DNA of 64,000 nt from a virus, in the IMG/VR virus record IMGVR_UViG_3300029374_000001, positions 96,001 to 160,000 of that record; one strand, given 5' to 3'. This document shows, one piece after another, positions 1 to 10,547 of the stretch. Position 1 is the first letter of the stretch. Each line of letters begins with the position of its first letter. A model generated the notes under the pieces. That model worked only from the letters and a program-made list of their open reading frames with translations. It was not told the DNA's origin and did no database searches. Both the position numbers and the translations under genes were made by a program.

Positions 1-57
1 AAAAGAACTTTATCAATTGTATAAGATTTCATTATATATAATTCTCCTTTATAAAAA

Positions 58-1803
58 TTAATCAAAATTTAATTTATAATCTGTTGGTTTAATATCAGAA
101 GCTTCTATAACTTTGTATTCTAATTTAGTAACTTCAAATTCATGGAAATAATTGATCTGTTTAAAGGCTGGTAGAAGAGTTTCCGTACCATTTTTACATA
201 CACCACACTGCGGTGCTTGAGAAGTTAAAATGGTATGAATAGAATAACTATTACCATTTGCTATCATTAGCATACATGCATGGTCGTATGTTCCGCTATT
301 TATTAACGCCCACAATTGAGGGAATGATGTTCGCATTTGAGCACTATTCATAAAGAATACTTTAAGCATGTCCATTTGATCTTTAGATATTTTAATTACG
401 CCAGCATCTCTATGATTCATGAGCACCAACGGAATTTCTAATTCATTAAACGTGTGATTATCTGCTTGATATGATGATGTGCCGGTTATTCTTAATTTAA
501 TATATTTTCCATTTAATTCTTCCGTATCTAATCCAGTATATAGTGTATCATCGCTTAAAGTTAATGGTTTCCATTCACTTACAATTTCATTTTTTTTTAC
601 ATCTACTGTACCATCACCAGGTTTAGTAATCGTATAATTAGAAATCAAATCAATTTCAATATGATATTGAGTATACTGAGTTTGATCAATCTGAGATTTA
701 ATAGAATCTAATTTAGCCTGATCTCCAGGAATAAGAATCGTTACTGTATCAGTATTTTCAAATCTGCTAAACCAATTTACAAATCGGGAATTGGTTAATA
801 ATTCCGTATTTTCGCTATTAAATACAATATATTTAAGTTTTGGACATTTGCAAATAGTATCACCATGCATACGATTAATGTCGATAATAAACGACCCACT
901 TAAATCTAAAACTTCCAAATTATTACAATAATTAAGCATCCGATCATAAGATTCTAATAACGATACATTAAACGTAGACATATCAATAGATTTTAATGAA
1001 CTACAACCATCAAACATATCATCTATTTCTTTTACTTTAGACGTATTTAATCCAGACAAATCAATTTTTTCTAGCATACTACATCCACCAAACATATTCC
1101 TCATAGATACCACATCAGATGTATCTACTACTATTTTTGGAATAGTAGTTAATTGCCTACAAGATTGAAACATATTATTCATGGTCGGGTCAAGACCTTC
1201 GTATTTACCTATGGCTTTAATTGTTGGATTTGTAATAATATTTTTGGTAGTTTTAGTTAATTCTGTAAGATTCGAAAATTCATCTGGGTACCAATCACTC
1301 ATATAGTCCTCAAAAGAGATTCTTGTTGCTTTTGTACCTGGAGTAACTTCTGTAATATGAATATCTCCACCAATTAAATAATCGTTAATATAATTATTAT
1401 CTTTATCCATAGTTATATCGTCAAACATACCAGCATCAGAATGTAGTTTTGCAGACCCCACGTTATATCCTTCCATAGGTTTAAGTTCAATAATAAAACC
1501 AATCAGCCCATTACTGGCATACAAATGATCCGCGTTATCGATTGATTTATAAGGTGATGTATCTATTCCGCCACCATCCAACTGATATTTAATATACTGA
1601 CCATGCATATTTGCTTGATCTGTAATAATGCTATACTGTTTATTTCTCAGACTTTTTAAATCAACATCACCACCGCTACTAATACTTCTAATCTTAGCCG
1701 GCATATCTTTAGGCATAATCAGATCAGTTGTACTTGTCTTTTCTCTAATAGCGTCGCCGATGTTTGTTAAAGTCTGCTCTTTAATTAAAGCTAATTCACT
1801 CAT
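58..1803 (-). CDS. BspA-type leucine-rich-repeat protein, putative receptor-binding/adhesin (tail fibre module)
   Basis: 581-aa ORF. The central region carries tandem repeats of about 22-25 aa of the DxS..MF.GC..L..IDLS type (SMRNMFGGCSMLEKIDLSGL, IDDMFDGCSSLKSIDMSTF, MLNYCNNLEVLDLSGSF), which is typical of BspA-like LRRs (LRR_5). The SD AAAGGAG lies about 10 nt upstream of the ATG. It lies immediately downstream of a small gene and the giant fibre gene on the same strand. Confidence 0.6.
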   Translation of the reverse strand: MSELALIKEQTLTNIGDAIREKTSTTDLIMPKDMPAKIRSISSGGDVDLKSLRNKQYSIITDQANMHGQYIKYQLDGGGIDTSPYKSIDNADHLYASNGLIGFIIELKPMEGYNVGSAKLHSDAGMFDDITMDKDNNYINDYLIGGDIHITEVTPGTKATRISFEDYMSDWYPDEFSNLTELTKTTKNIITNPTIKAIGKYEGLDPTMNNMFQSCRQLTTIPKIVVDTSDVVSMRNMFGGCSMLEKIDLSGLNTSKVKEIDDMFDGCSSLKSIDMSTFNVSLLESYDRMLNYCNNLEVLDLSGSFIIDINRMHGDTICKCPKLKYIVFNSENTELLTNSRFVNWFSRFENTDTVTILIPGDQAKLDSIKSQIDQTQYTQYHIEIDLISNYTITKPGDGTVDVKKNEIVSEWKPLTLSDDTLYTGLDTEELNGKYIKLRITGTSSYQADNHTFNELEIPLVLMNHRDAGVIKISKDQMDMLKVFFMNSAQMRTSFPQLWALINSGTYDHACMLMIANGNSYSIHTILTSQAPQCGVCKNGTETLLPAFKQINYFHEFEVTKLEYKVIEASDIKPTDYKLNFD

Positions 1804-1823
1804 TGACCATAATCTCCTTTGAA

Positions 1824-2114
1824 TTAATAACCATGCTCTTCAGCATTTTTAATAGTCGCCAAAACGGCTGCAATTTTAGAATCTATTTCAGACCTACTAT
1901 ATGTATATGCTTTGATTCCCTTAGACTTTACAGGATTATCTGAGTTATCTGTAGGAGCTTCATCAAATGATAATGCATTCTGTTTTCCATTTAATAGTCC
2001 ATTAACTTCTGTTTTACTATACACTTCAGATAACTTATTTTTTACATATGTTTTAATTAAACGAACTCGTTCTTTCTCGAGTTCCTTACGTACCAAATAA
2101 TATTTTTCGGCCAT
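1824..2114 (-). CDS. hypothetical small protein (fibre-associated?)
   Basis: 96-aa ORF with a strong SD (AAGGAGGAACTATTT-ATG). It is tightly spaced between the giant fibre gene and the LRR gene. Confidence 0.5.
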   Translation of the reverse strand: MAEKYYLVRKELEKERVRLIKTYVKNKLSEVYSKTEVNGLLNGKQNALSFDEAPTDNSDNPVKSKGIKAYTYSRSEIDSKIAAVLATIKNAEEHGY

Positions 2115-2174
2115 AAATAGTTCCTCCTTAAAATTACAACCAATTTTGATTTACTTTGATGTTGAACATCCAAT

Positions 2175-2210
2175 TTATATATCCATCCCTAATATAGGGA
2201 TGGATATATA
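2175..2210 (-). terminator. hairpin terminator downstream of the giant fibre gene
   Basis: Perfect palindrome TATATATCCATCCCTA-ATA-TAGGGATGGATATATA with a 16-bp stem. It lies between the stop of the 2223..8903 gene and the start of the next gene. Confidence 0.5.
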
Positions 2211-2222
2211 ACTATAAATTTA

Positions 2223-5200
2223 TTAAATTTCTATTGCAGTACTTACTGTAATCGTCATATCTTTTAGTATATATCCAGTTTGATCCACATTCAGGATGCC
2301 TGCTTTATATCCTGGATCGGGTGTAACTGTAATAGTATATGGTGTTCCAGAGTCTGCCATAAATACAGTATCATAATCTGTAGAATTGCATTGTACAACA
2401 ATCGTCTGATTTGGCTGCTGTACAATTCTTACCATATAGCTTCTAAGTTCAGCATCTGTAGCACTTAGAGTAATATCAGATGTGATATTATTCACTTCAT
2501 TCATATTGATCATACCAGCAACATAATGATCATTGATCGGTTCTACACGAGCTGTTATATTAGCATGTACAGGAACTCTGAAGTTATCTGTGTATTCTTC
2601 ACCATTATAAGTGGCTACAATCTTCTGATGATCATATTTTGTAATCTTAATCAAAGGTTTATTGATGATTGCTGCTGTTGCTTCAATATCAATATCATCA
2701 GATACTATCAACGTATTAGATACATTCAGATTGCCTGGTCTATAATCTACTGATGTAGAAACTATAGATACAGTCAACTGGCTTCCATATGGTGCCATAA
2801 ATGAATTGGTATAATTGATATTGTTGTAACGTACTGTAATGGTCTGACGTGGTGATTGATGAATTCTGATATTAAACTTCTTGTAGGTTGCTGGTTCCGC
2901 TGTAATATTGATAGACTGAGTGATCGGATTAACCATATCAAAGCTAATTGTACCAGATTTACTAATATTAGGTTCTCCTGGCTGATATCCATGATCTCCA
3001 ATAACCTTAATATAATATCTGCTGCCATTCAGTATATTGGCTAATTCTTTAGTTTCTCCAGCCAATGCAGTGCCACTTACGCTACCAGCTGTAAACGTAA
3101 TTGATTCATGCTGCGGAGCTGTAAGACGTACAATATATTTGTTTGGCTTAGCTTCCATAGCAGTAATTTCCGTATCAGAAGTAATAACAAATGTCGGTTT
3201 GACTGGTCTTCCTGCACTATATCCTAATTCAGGAATTACTTTAACTTGTACCTTGCTATAGATAGTAGTTGTAAATTCTGTCGTATAATCATGACCATCA
3301 TGATAAGCATGAATTGTCTGATTAGGCGTCTGAATAATCTTAACTTTATATTTTCTTATAGCTGCTGGTGTTGTAGTAACCATAAAGATTCTACCAGGCA
3401 ATAAAGTTACATTGTTCATTTTACCCCTACTCGGTACATTTAAAGTTCCTGGCTTATACGCTGTAGCGGATGTAACCGAAATAATATAAGAAGCATCCAT
3501 CGGTACGGTTTCTTCTACAGTTGTTCCAGAGGTAGCAATGACGATCTTATCATCATAAATAAACCGAATTGTTTCATTCTCTGGAGCTACCAAACGTACT
3601 GTACATGTTTCTATAATAACTGGTTTAGCTGAAATCTTATAGCTCTTATCAATAGTGATATGCTCTTCTTTCTTATTAATCTCTACATCATTAACGATTA
3701 ACGTTGTATCTGTATGATATCCGGGATCTACGGTTACTTTGAAAGTAACCAAAGTTCCTGTAATAACTTCGAAAGAGCTATCTACACCCAAGACTTCATC
3801 ATCATGAGTAGCTGTAATATGCACATGTTTAGGACAGCTTACATAGACATATTCCATCTCTGGAACAGCATCCGTGGCATAGACTTCCATGTCTTCATCT
3901 TGAGCATATCCATATCTTCTATTTAATCTTCCTGGAGTATAACCCGGAACTTTATCTAAGAAAGCATAAAATTCTTCTCCATATTTCAAAGTAAAAGTAA
4001 TATACTCTTCTGTAGCTATAGCTGGTCTATCTAAAGTATATCTATAGAGCTTATTGTCTTTTAAATCTTTAGATTTAAATCCCGTAGGATGATTAGCATC
4101 TATTGGTATAAACCGGAAAGATTCATAAGACTTATCATCTTCCATAGTGAATCCTTGCCATGTGGTAGCTCCAGCATCTGTCTTATAAGTATACCAGTAA
4201 GTCACCAATTTCTTATTAGTAAATTGATCTGCTTTTCTAGCATTGATTTCACCAAATGATACATTGGTTGTGTATACTTGTCCAGTAGATGTATATACTT
4301 GTCCAGTAGATGTATATACAGTAATAATCTGATTCTTAGGAACTTTTACTTTAACTTTAATTGTATTGGTTGTAGGTAAGTTATGAGCTTTAGCATATGG
4401 AATATATTTAGGATTAATAGAATCTTCTATTGTTCTATGCTGTTCTATATACTCCTTAAATCCAAGATGATCATAATAATGAGTACTTACATCCATCGTT
4501 GTGGTTTCTCTGAATCTGCTAATGTATTCATGCTTATTCAATCTAACCATCGTATCTGCACAGTCTATATATTTCAGAGTATTCATATATGGATCAGTAG
4601 CATCGAAGATAATATAGTCACTCTTAGAACGTAATACAATCTTATAGGACTTGAAGAATGTAATAATGGTAAACAGCATATCCAAGAAGAAATTACCAGA
4701 GATTCCTGGTAAATGATCAAAGATATTTCTGAATAAATCAGAATTGATATATTCTTCCAGAATATATACAATATCCGAAATACGTTCAACAATCTTCTCA
4801 TTTCTCATTGTCTTATCGGAAATATTCTTAATCTGCATATAGTCAGTATACAATTCATGATCTTTATACTTTAAGAATTCTGATAAACTATTGGCAATAC
4901 GAGTTTTTCCATCTACCTTAATCTTATAGTAGTCAAAGGTTTGTCTATAAGTCATTAAAGAATCAAATAATTTCTTCCAGATCTTATAGATATCTACATT
5001 CTGAGATCTAAACATATTTGCCACAATAAACAGGTAGATGTCTTTATTAGAAACTTTCTTTTTACCTGTTCTAAACATGTCTGCAATTTCATTCATAGAT
5101 TCGAAGACATTATTTTCTCCAGGCTTAATATCAAATTTCCATACTTTCTTAGTTCTATTTTTAGGCAATCCTTCTGCTTTATTAGCAGAATAGATAAAGG

Positions 5201-8200
5201 TTGTATCAAAATTGTCTGGGTCTCTTCTTTGTTCCCAGATCCATTCTTTTAATTTACCCATATCTGCTTTAAAGTTAAATCCTCTTACATAGAGAATCTT
5301 ACCTAAAGTATTAATGATCGTATCTTCTACTCCAGAATACAAATAAGACAATGCATTCATATAAGTAAACAAATAAGCCACATTAAAACTCTTATAAGGT
5401 ACGATAGAAGGAACTTGTACTTTCAACTTATCTTCTTTGAAGACATCGTCAAAGAAAATATTGTAGAAATAGCAAATATTGAAAGTCATCTCGGCAATAT
5501 CAAACACATAGTTTAATCCAAAATACTTAGTTCTTTCATAATTAAACTTTTTAGCTAAGATTTCTCTCTTAATCTTCTGATGATAAGCTGCGGTATCGTC
5601 ACTATATCCTACACCATCCCAGAAAGAATCTTCTATAGTTACGGTATCATAAGATAAGACATTTGTTTTCTTGATAATATTCTTATTAAAATACTCATCC
5701 TCAATAGGAACACCAATAAACTTCATATCTATATCTTTGGTATAGTCTTCTTCTATCGTATCGAATACAAATCGCTCATTCTGTAGATAAACAAAATGGA
5801 AGATGATCTTTTTATCTTCATTATGCTTGCCTACATCTCTGAATGTGAAATATCCAGAAATGATATCATACTCATTACCAGGAATTAAAGTTCCGTCACT
5901 ATACGTTACATAGGTATACCACCCATTTTCTTCAAACTTATCGAATGGATATGGAACTTTAATCTGCAAATCATTATTAACATCATTGACTGCAATAGGA
6001 TTGCTGTGCTTAATATAAACAGCCGTTTCATTAACATCTTCGTATCTGTTATTATAAACCCAAATAATATTAATGGTATCATCTTTCTTAACAACATCTC
6101 CACCAGTCAGTGTTAGTTTAGTATTAGTCAATTTATAATCATTCGATAATAGATCTGAATTATGGAAAACTAATGCAGACTGTCCAGTTTCTACATAATT
6201 GATAAACGGAGCGGTAATATCAAATTCTGTCTGTCCTAACTTGTCAGCCACTACATGAGTTTGCTTTAGCTCAATCATATCTTTAGAGTAATTATTCATT
6301 ACATAAGTAATATTAACAGATTGATTCTTATATGGTCTCTTACTTGGATTAATAATGCTAATCAATCCAGTATTAGAGACAGTATAATCTACATCTTTTC
6401 TTAAATAATTACCCAAGATATCTACAATAATTGCATTTTTATTTTCAAAGAAATTAGATTCTGGAAGATTAGCTTGGAATTGTCTATTCTTCACTCTATC
6501 TTCATAAACAGGAACAATCTTTTCAGAAGAAATTCTAATATTAGAATTATCTGGACCACCTACATAAGTGACAACCATCTTCTGTCCTTTATGTAACCCA
6601 ATAGCCTGATCTCTAATCGTTAATGTATCATTATAGATATCATATAAATCGGAGCTCAGCATATTTGGCTGGTTTCTTAGTGTTACATAGGCTTTATAGC
6701 CAATCTTAAAGAAATTCTTAAAAGGAGGATGTAGTTTAAATGTAACTTGGAAACCTGTATTAGCTGTAAATGTTTCTGTAGAATCTACAATTTGAATATT
6801 ATTAATGACTGAAGTATGGGAATAAATAAAGTAAGGAACGATTTTCTTGTTCTTATATTTAGCCACATTAGTAAACTTAATCAACCCAGGTTTATCTGTT
6901 CGATTCAATATATAATCAGACTCTGGAATAATAGTAGGTCTGATATCAGTTGTCATCAGAATAACATCATTTTCTTTTTCAAAATATTTTAAGAAAGGAA
7001 TTTGGTTATTGATCTGACATTCTCCAGAACCTGTAACGACAGTAGGAGAACCCAATTTAAACTGTGATAATATTCCTTCTCCCCAGATATACGCAATGGT
7101 GGCTTCATTGCTAGCATTAAAATTGCTTTTCAAAGTGATAGTTGAATTGGCTGCATCTATCGTATATTTATCTTCGGGTACTGGAGTATTGTCAATTATC
7201 AACAAAATTTTATTTTCATCAGCAAAATAAGTTGGATTGAATCTTTTATAAGCATTTAGAGTCATCTTACCAGAAGTAGAAATAATACACTTTTCTACTT
7301 TGGTATGAATAGCATGCTTTGTATCTATATATGGCTTAACAAATTCTGTATTATAATAGAAGTCAATATCAATTGTTGCATTATTTAATCCAGATTTCTT
7401 AAATGTAATCTTTCCATTATTAATAGTATAATCATCACCCCATTTTAAAGGAGCATTCTTATACCATAAGAGCATCTGATTTGTATTCGAAGTAAAGTTA
7501 GTAATCTTAACTCCTTTAAACATTGGATAGGGAATTGGATATTCTTTACCAGTCATTACATTTTTAATAGACTGATGTTCACCTTTAATAATAGAATTCA
7601 GATTAGAAGACTTCTTCTGCATCTGATTATATATTAAATCTCCCCATCGATCTATATTACGATCTCTAAGTATAAAGTATTTGAATACTTGTATATTTTC
7701 TGCTCCAAATAGATCGATAATATTTAACATACCCTGTGCACAAGATTTATACCGAATCAGACTATTAATATTCTTACACATGCGCCACTGATATTTCAGA
7801 GGAATTGTATTATAATACGGAATACCATACATCTCGAAAATATACTGGACAAAACGTTTATCAAATATATCTCTCTTAATAATATCTTCATGCACATTGG
7901 CTAATATATCGGTAATGGTCATAATCATGATCATCATGCCCATAAAATTGGTATAATAGTCAGAACCAATTTTCAAAGCTTCGCTGTACAAAGTACTCAT
8001 TACATATAATCTGTTTTCTTCATACTTTGTTTCAAACTTTTCAGATACAACCCCATTATCATCAATCTTAGGAATATAAAGCAACTGATATTCATAAGCT
8101 TTTCTAACTTTATATGGAGTTAATCCACAAGCAATATAATCTAAATAATCCGCATCTGGGTAATCTATTTTAATCTGGTCAAGAATACCTTTATGCTCAA

Positions 8201-8903
8201 GATATAAAATCTGTTGATGAGATAACTCATGTACATACGTAATGCCTTCATTGTTAATAAACTCCTGTATTCCATTCACATCAAAATATTCATAGTCCAT
8301 AATCGGAATACCATAGTCTCCGATATTAGGAAGACCACAGAGTTTACGATAGTAGTTATTCTGTTCATTATAATCTCTAATGAATTTCTTAGCAGCTGCT
8401 TGTGTGGCACTGTCTCGTAAGCTGTAATAAGCAATAACTTTATTATCAGCATATTCTTTTACTTTGTAATCTCTGAATGCTTCTGCTTTAGAGCCTGTAG
8501 TAACTCTAAATGTATCTCCTATTTTATGAACTTTATTTACTTCATCCGGAAGCTTATACCCTATAATATGATCATGAGCATCTTTCACAGGATCCATAAA
8601 AATAGATTCTTTAACATCTGGTATATTATTGCGGTCTTCTATACATTTACCAATTCTGGAATCTCCAACCATACCGATGCTTTTTAAGATTTCTTCATCA
8701 TAATCAAACAATTCAAATATAGCATTGCCCTCAATGCAGGCAATTAATGCATCCCCATTGAGCATACTCTGTTTAGTTTCATTTTGTAATGCTTCTTCTT
8801 CATTCTTAATGACAGAGTTGAATGCCAATAACTTGGAATAATACAACAGATAATCTATAGCCGGATTAGCCGTATATGTCTTATTTATCGTTAGATTACT
8901 CAC
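2223..8903 (-). CDS. giant tail-fibre/adhesin-like protein with C-terminal tandem Ig-like (beta-sandwich) repeats
   Basis: 2226-aa ORF with a GTG start 8 nt after AAAGGAG. The C-terminal third (low coordinates) holds at least six repeats of about 70-85 aa sharing Y.V.I.Q.PNQTI... and GY.PG.LNV-type motifs (e.g. DPGYKAGILNV, DYRPGNLNV, AYKPGTLNV). It also contains a 21-nt in-frame tandem DNA repeat at 4273..4320. Confidence 0.6.
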   Translation of the reverse strand: MSNLTINKTYTANPAIDYLLYYSKLLAFNSVIKNEEEALQNETKQSMLNGDALIACIEGNAIFELFDYDEEILKSIGMVGDSRIGKCIEDRNNIPDVKESIFMDPVKDAHDHIIGYKLPDEVNKVHKIGDTFRVTTGSKAEAFRDYKVKEYADNKVIAYYSLRDSATQAAAKKFIRDYNEQNNYYRKLCGLPNIGDYGIPIMDYEYFDVNGIQEFINNEGITYVHELSHQQILYLEHKGILDQIKIDYPDADYLDYIACGLTPYKVRKAYEYQLLYIPKIDDNGVVSEKFETKYEENRLYVMSTLYSEALKIGSDYYTNFMGMMIMIMTITDILANVHEDIIKRDIFDKRFVQYIFEMYGIPYYNTIPLKYQWRMCKNINSLIRYKSCAQGMLNIIDLFGAENIQVFKYFILRDRNIDRWGDLIYNQMQKKSSNLNSIIKGEHQSIKNVMTGKEYPIPYPMFKGVKITNFTSNTNQMLLWYKNAPLKWGDDYTINNGKITFKKSGLNNATIDIDFYYNTEFVKPYIDTKHAIHTKVEKCIISTSGKMTLNAYKRFNPTYFADENKILLIIDNTPVPEDKYTIDAANSTITLKSNFNASNEATIAYIWGEGILSQFKLGSPTVVTGSGECQINNQIPFLKYFEKENDVILMTTDIRPTIIPESDYILNRTDKPGLIKFTNVAKYKNKKIVPYFIYSHTSVINNIQIVDSTETFTANTGFQVTFKLHPPFKNFFKIGYKAYVTLRNQPNMLSSDLYDIYNDTLTIRDQAIGLHKGQKMVVTYVGGPDNSNIRISSEKIVPVYEDRVKNRQFQANLPESNFFENKNAIIVDILGNYLRKDVDYTVSNTGLISIINPSKRPYKNQSVNITYVMNNYSKDMIELKQTHVVADKLGQTEFDITAPFINYVETGQSALVFHNSDLLSNDYKLTNTKLTLTGGDVVKKDDTINIIWVYNNRYEDVNETAVYIKHSNPIAVNDVNNDLQIKVPYPFDKFEENGWYTYVTYSDGTLIPGNEYDIISGYFTFRDVGKHNEDKKIIFHFVYLQNERFVFDTIEEDYTKDIDMKFIGVPIEDEYFNKNIIKKTNVLSYDTVTIEDSFWDGVGYSDDTAAYHQKIKREILAKKFNYERTKYFGLNYVFDIAEMTFNICYFYNIFFDDVFKEDKLKVQVPSIVPYKSFNVAYLFTYMNALSYLYSGVEDTIINTLGKILYVRGFNFKADMGKLKEWIWEQRRDPDNFDTTFIYSANKAEGLPKNRTKKVWKFDIKPGENNVFESMNEIADMFRTGKKKVSNKDIYLFIVANMFRSQNVDIYKIWKKLFDSLMTYRQTFDYYKIKVDGKTRIANSLSEFLKYKDHELYTDYMQIKNISDKTMRNEKIVERISDIVYILEEYINSDLFRNIFDHLPGISGNFFLDMLFTIITFFKSYKIVLRSKSDYIIFDATDPYMNTLKYIDCADTMVRLNKHEYISRFRETTTMDVSTHYYDHLGFKEYIEQHRTIEDSINPKYIPYAKAHNLPTTNTIKVKVKVPKNQIITVYTSTGQVYTSTGQVYTTNVSFGEINARKADQFTNKKLVTYWYTYKTDAGATTWQGFTMEDDKSYESFRFIPIDANHPTGFKSKDLKDNKLYRYTLDRPAIATEEYITFTLKYGEEFYAFLDKVPGYTPGRLNRRYGYAQDEDMEVYATDAVPEMEYVYVSCPKHVHITATHDDEVLGVDSSFEVITGTLVTFKVTVDPGYHTDTTLIVNDVEINKKEEHITIDKSYKISAKPVIIETCTVRLVAPENETIRFIYDDKIVIATSGTTVEETVPMDASYIISVTSATAYKPGTLNVPSRGKMNNVTLLPGRIFMVTTTPAAIRKYKVKIIQTPNQTIHAYHDGHDYTTEFTTTIYSKVQVKVIPELGYSAGRPVKPTFVITSDTEITAMEAKPNKYIVRLTAPQHESITFTAGSVSGTALAGETKELANILNGSRYYIKVIGDHGYQPGEPNISKSGTISFDMVNPITQSINITAEPATYKKFNIRIHQSPRQTITVRYNNINYTNSFMAPYGSQLTVSIVSTSVDYRPGNLNVSNTLIVSDDIDIEATAAIINKPLIKITKYDHQKIVATYNGEEYTDNFRVPVHANITARVEPINDHYVAGMINMNEVNNITSDITLSATDAELRSYMVRIVQQPNQTIVVQCNSTDYDTVFMADSGTPYTITVTPDPGYKAGILNVDQTGYILKDMTITVSTAIEI
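4273..4320. repeat. 21-nt perfect tandem repeat (about 2.3 copies) inside the fibre gene
   Basis: tatacttgtccagtagatgta occurs twice consecutively, then a partial copy. It encodes VYTSTGQ VYTSTGQ. Confidence 0.8.
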
Positions 8904-9018
8904 TTAGAATGCTCCTTTCCTTACCCTTTGGATTATATTATTACTATGTAGTCAACCTCAAATTCTCATATTTATATTGATTCTAAGCCGTCATCTTAGG
9001 ACATTATATTAAATTATA

Positions 9019-9750
9019 ATGAAAGGAATATATGGAAATATGAACTCGAATATAGAATCGATTCTAGTAGAAAAAGAATTTCCTAACGTATTCTCATACG
9101 GCGGATTTAATCCTACCTTAGAATCTCCATCCTCTCCATTTTCCATATCATTTGCTCAAACAAAAGAAACTCTACAAGATGTAGATGTATATAGAAACTT
9201 TTTATATTCAGCGATTACCAGAGTAAGAACTTCTAATTTTTATAGACACTATAAAGCTCATCTGATTCAGATGGGTGTTAATCGCTGTCAATTGCATCCT
9301 CATATTACCGTTTCTTCTGATGGAGAAGATGATGTGGCTACTATAGAATTACATCACCATGTTTTGACTATATTTGATATAGCCTTAGTGATTACAGAAC
9401 ACATCTTAAATACATATGGATCTTTATCCAGTTTTGATTTATCAGAATTAATCAAAATGGAACATATGAATCATAATGTTGGTACAGTTATGCTGTGTAA
9501 AACATGCCATCAATTATATCATAACAATGAAAACTTTAAAGTTCCCTCTACATTAGGATTTGGTAAATGGTGGGAATTATTACAGAAATATAAATATGGG
9601 ATCACTAGAGATTTGGCTATTAAGATTTATTACATGTTAAAGAATGATCTTAAGAACGCTGATGATCGAGATCAAAAAATAAAAGAAATGTTAAAGATCA
9701 GAGACCAGATCATAGATTGGTCTTCTTATAATGAAACTTACTTTAATTAA
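9019..9750 (+). CDS. HNH (His-Me finger) endonuclease-like protein
   Basis: 243-aa ORF. It has the motif ELHHHVL...NHNVGTVMLCKTCHQLYH (HH ... N ... LCxxCH..H). It is a paralog of the 34104..34832 product. The start may instead be the downstream ATG at 9037. Confidence 0.5.
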   Translation: MKGIYGNMNSNIESILVEKEFPNVFSYGGFNPTLESPSSPFSISFAQTKETLQDVDVYRNFLYSAITRVRTSNFYRHYKAHLIQMGVNRCQLHPHITVSSDGEDDVATIELHHHVLTIFDIALVITEHILNTYGSLSSFDLSELIKMEHMNHNVGTVMLCKTCHQLYHNNENFKVPSTLGFGKWWELLQKYKYGITRDLAIKIYYMLKNDLKNADDRDQKIKEMLKIRDQIIDWSSYNETYFN

Positions 9751-9756
9751 ATGAGA

Positions 9757-9782
9757 ATCTCAGTACTATATAGTACTGAGAT
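9757..9782 (+). terminator. hairpin terminator
   Basis: Perfect palindrome ATCTCAGTACTATATAGTACTGAGAT, followed by a T-rich stretch. It lies just after the stop of 9019..9750. Confidence 0.5.
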
Positions 9783-9786
9783 CTTG

Positions 9787-9817
9787 TTTGTAATATAGTC
9801 CTATACATCTCTATAAT
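9787..9817 (+). promoter_or_regulatory. sigma70-like promoter (-35 TTGTAA, 18 bp, -10 TATAAT), a degenerate member of the TTTGTAAT family
   Basis: tTTGTAATatagtcctatacatctcTATAAT lies 20 nt upstream of the AAGGAGG SD of the 9837 gene. Confidence 0.5.
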
Positions 9818-9836
9818 ATATAAGGAGGTTTTATAT

Positions 9837-10505
9837 ATGAAACATTCTCTTGGATATAATTGGTTTTATAGGCATTGGTTTGCTATGAAAGAATGGTTTA
9901 AATTACAAATTCCAAAGTGTAAACAATTCTTAGCTTCTATGAAAAACTTAATAGACAATTTCATTGAAATATACAAAGCATACTCTTACGTCATTTTATT
10001 GTGGGTGTGGTGTATATCTGTACTGGTAAGTCCCGAAAACGTCTTATTTTCATCTTGTATGATCCTAATCGTGGCTCTACTAACGCTTTTAAATCATCAT
10101 TTTTCGTTTAAAGAAGAAAAGTTCTATTTAACCACAGATTTTTCTAAATCCATTCAAGAATTAGATGCATTAATTGCAGAATGTATTCAAGAATATTTAG
10201 TGATGAATGGAATGGGTTCCAAAACATTCTTTACTTCTAAAGAAGAAGATATGCTTCGTGATGAAACAACCAATATGGTGAGTGCCAAAATGAGCAAACC
10301 ATTATATGCTAAACTTTGTGCTTCTTATAATAAAGAAATTATTTACAACGTAATAGGTTCCAGAATATATATGATCATTATGAGATTTGTTACAGAGACC
10401 AATACAAAATCATCTGATAAAAATAAACCCAATCCAAATGTTCCCAGCCCACAACAAAATATTATCGATCAAATCAATAATGGCATCAATATAGATAACT
10501 TATAA
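9837..10505 (+). CDS. hypothetical membrane protein
   Basis: 222-aa ORF with a strong SD (TAAGGAGG). It has two predicted hydrophobic helices near the N-terminus (VILLWVWCISVLV, MILIVALLTLL). Confidence 0.5.
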   Translation: MKHSLGYNWFYRHWFAMKEWFKLQIPKCKQFLASMKNLIDNFIEIYKAYSYVILLWVWCISVLVSPENVLFSSCMILIVALLTLLNHHFSFKEEKFYLTTDFSKSIQELDALIAECIQEYLVMNGMGSKTFFTSKEEDMLRDETTNMVSAKMSKPLYAKLCASYNKEIIYNVIGSRIYMIIMRFVTETNTKSSDKNKPNPNVPSPQQNIIDQINNGINIDNL

Positions 10506-10511
10506 GAGATT

Positions 10512-10535
10512 CCCATAGAGCATATGCTCTATGGG
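10512..10535. terminator. bidirectional hairpin between convergent genes
   Basis: Perfect palindrome CCCATAGAGCATATGCTCTATGGG between the + strand gene ending at 10505 and the - strand gene ending at 10548. It belongs to the CCCATAG family. Confidence 0.55.
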
Positions 10536-10547
10536 ATATTCTATTGA

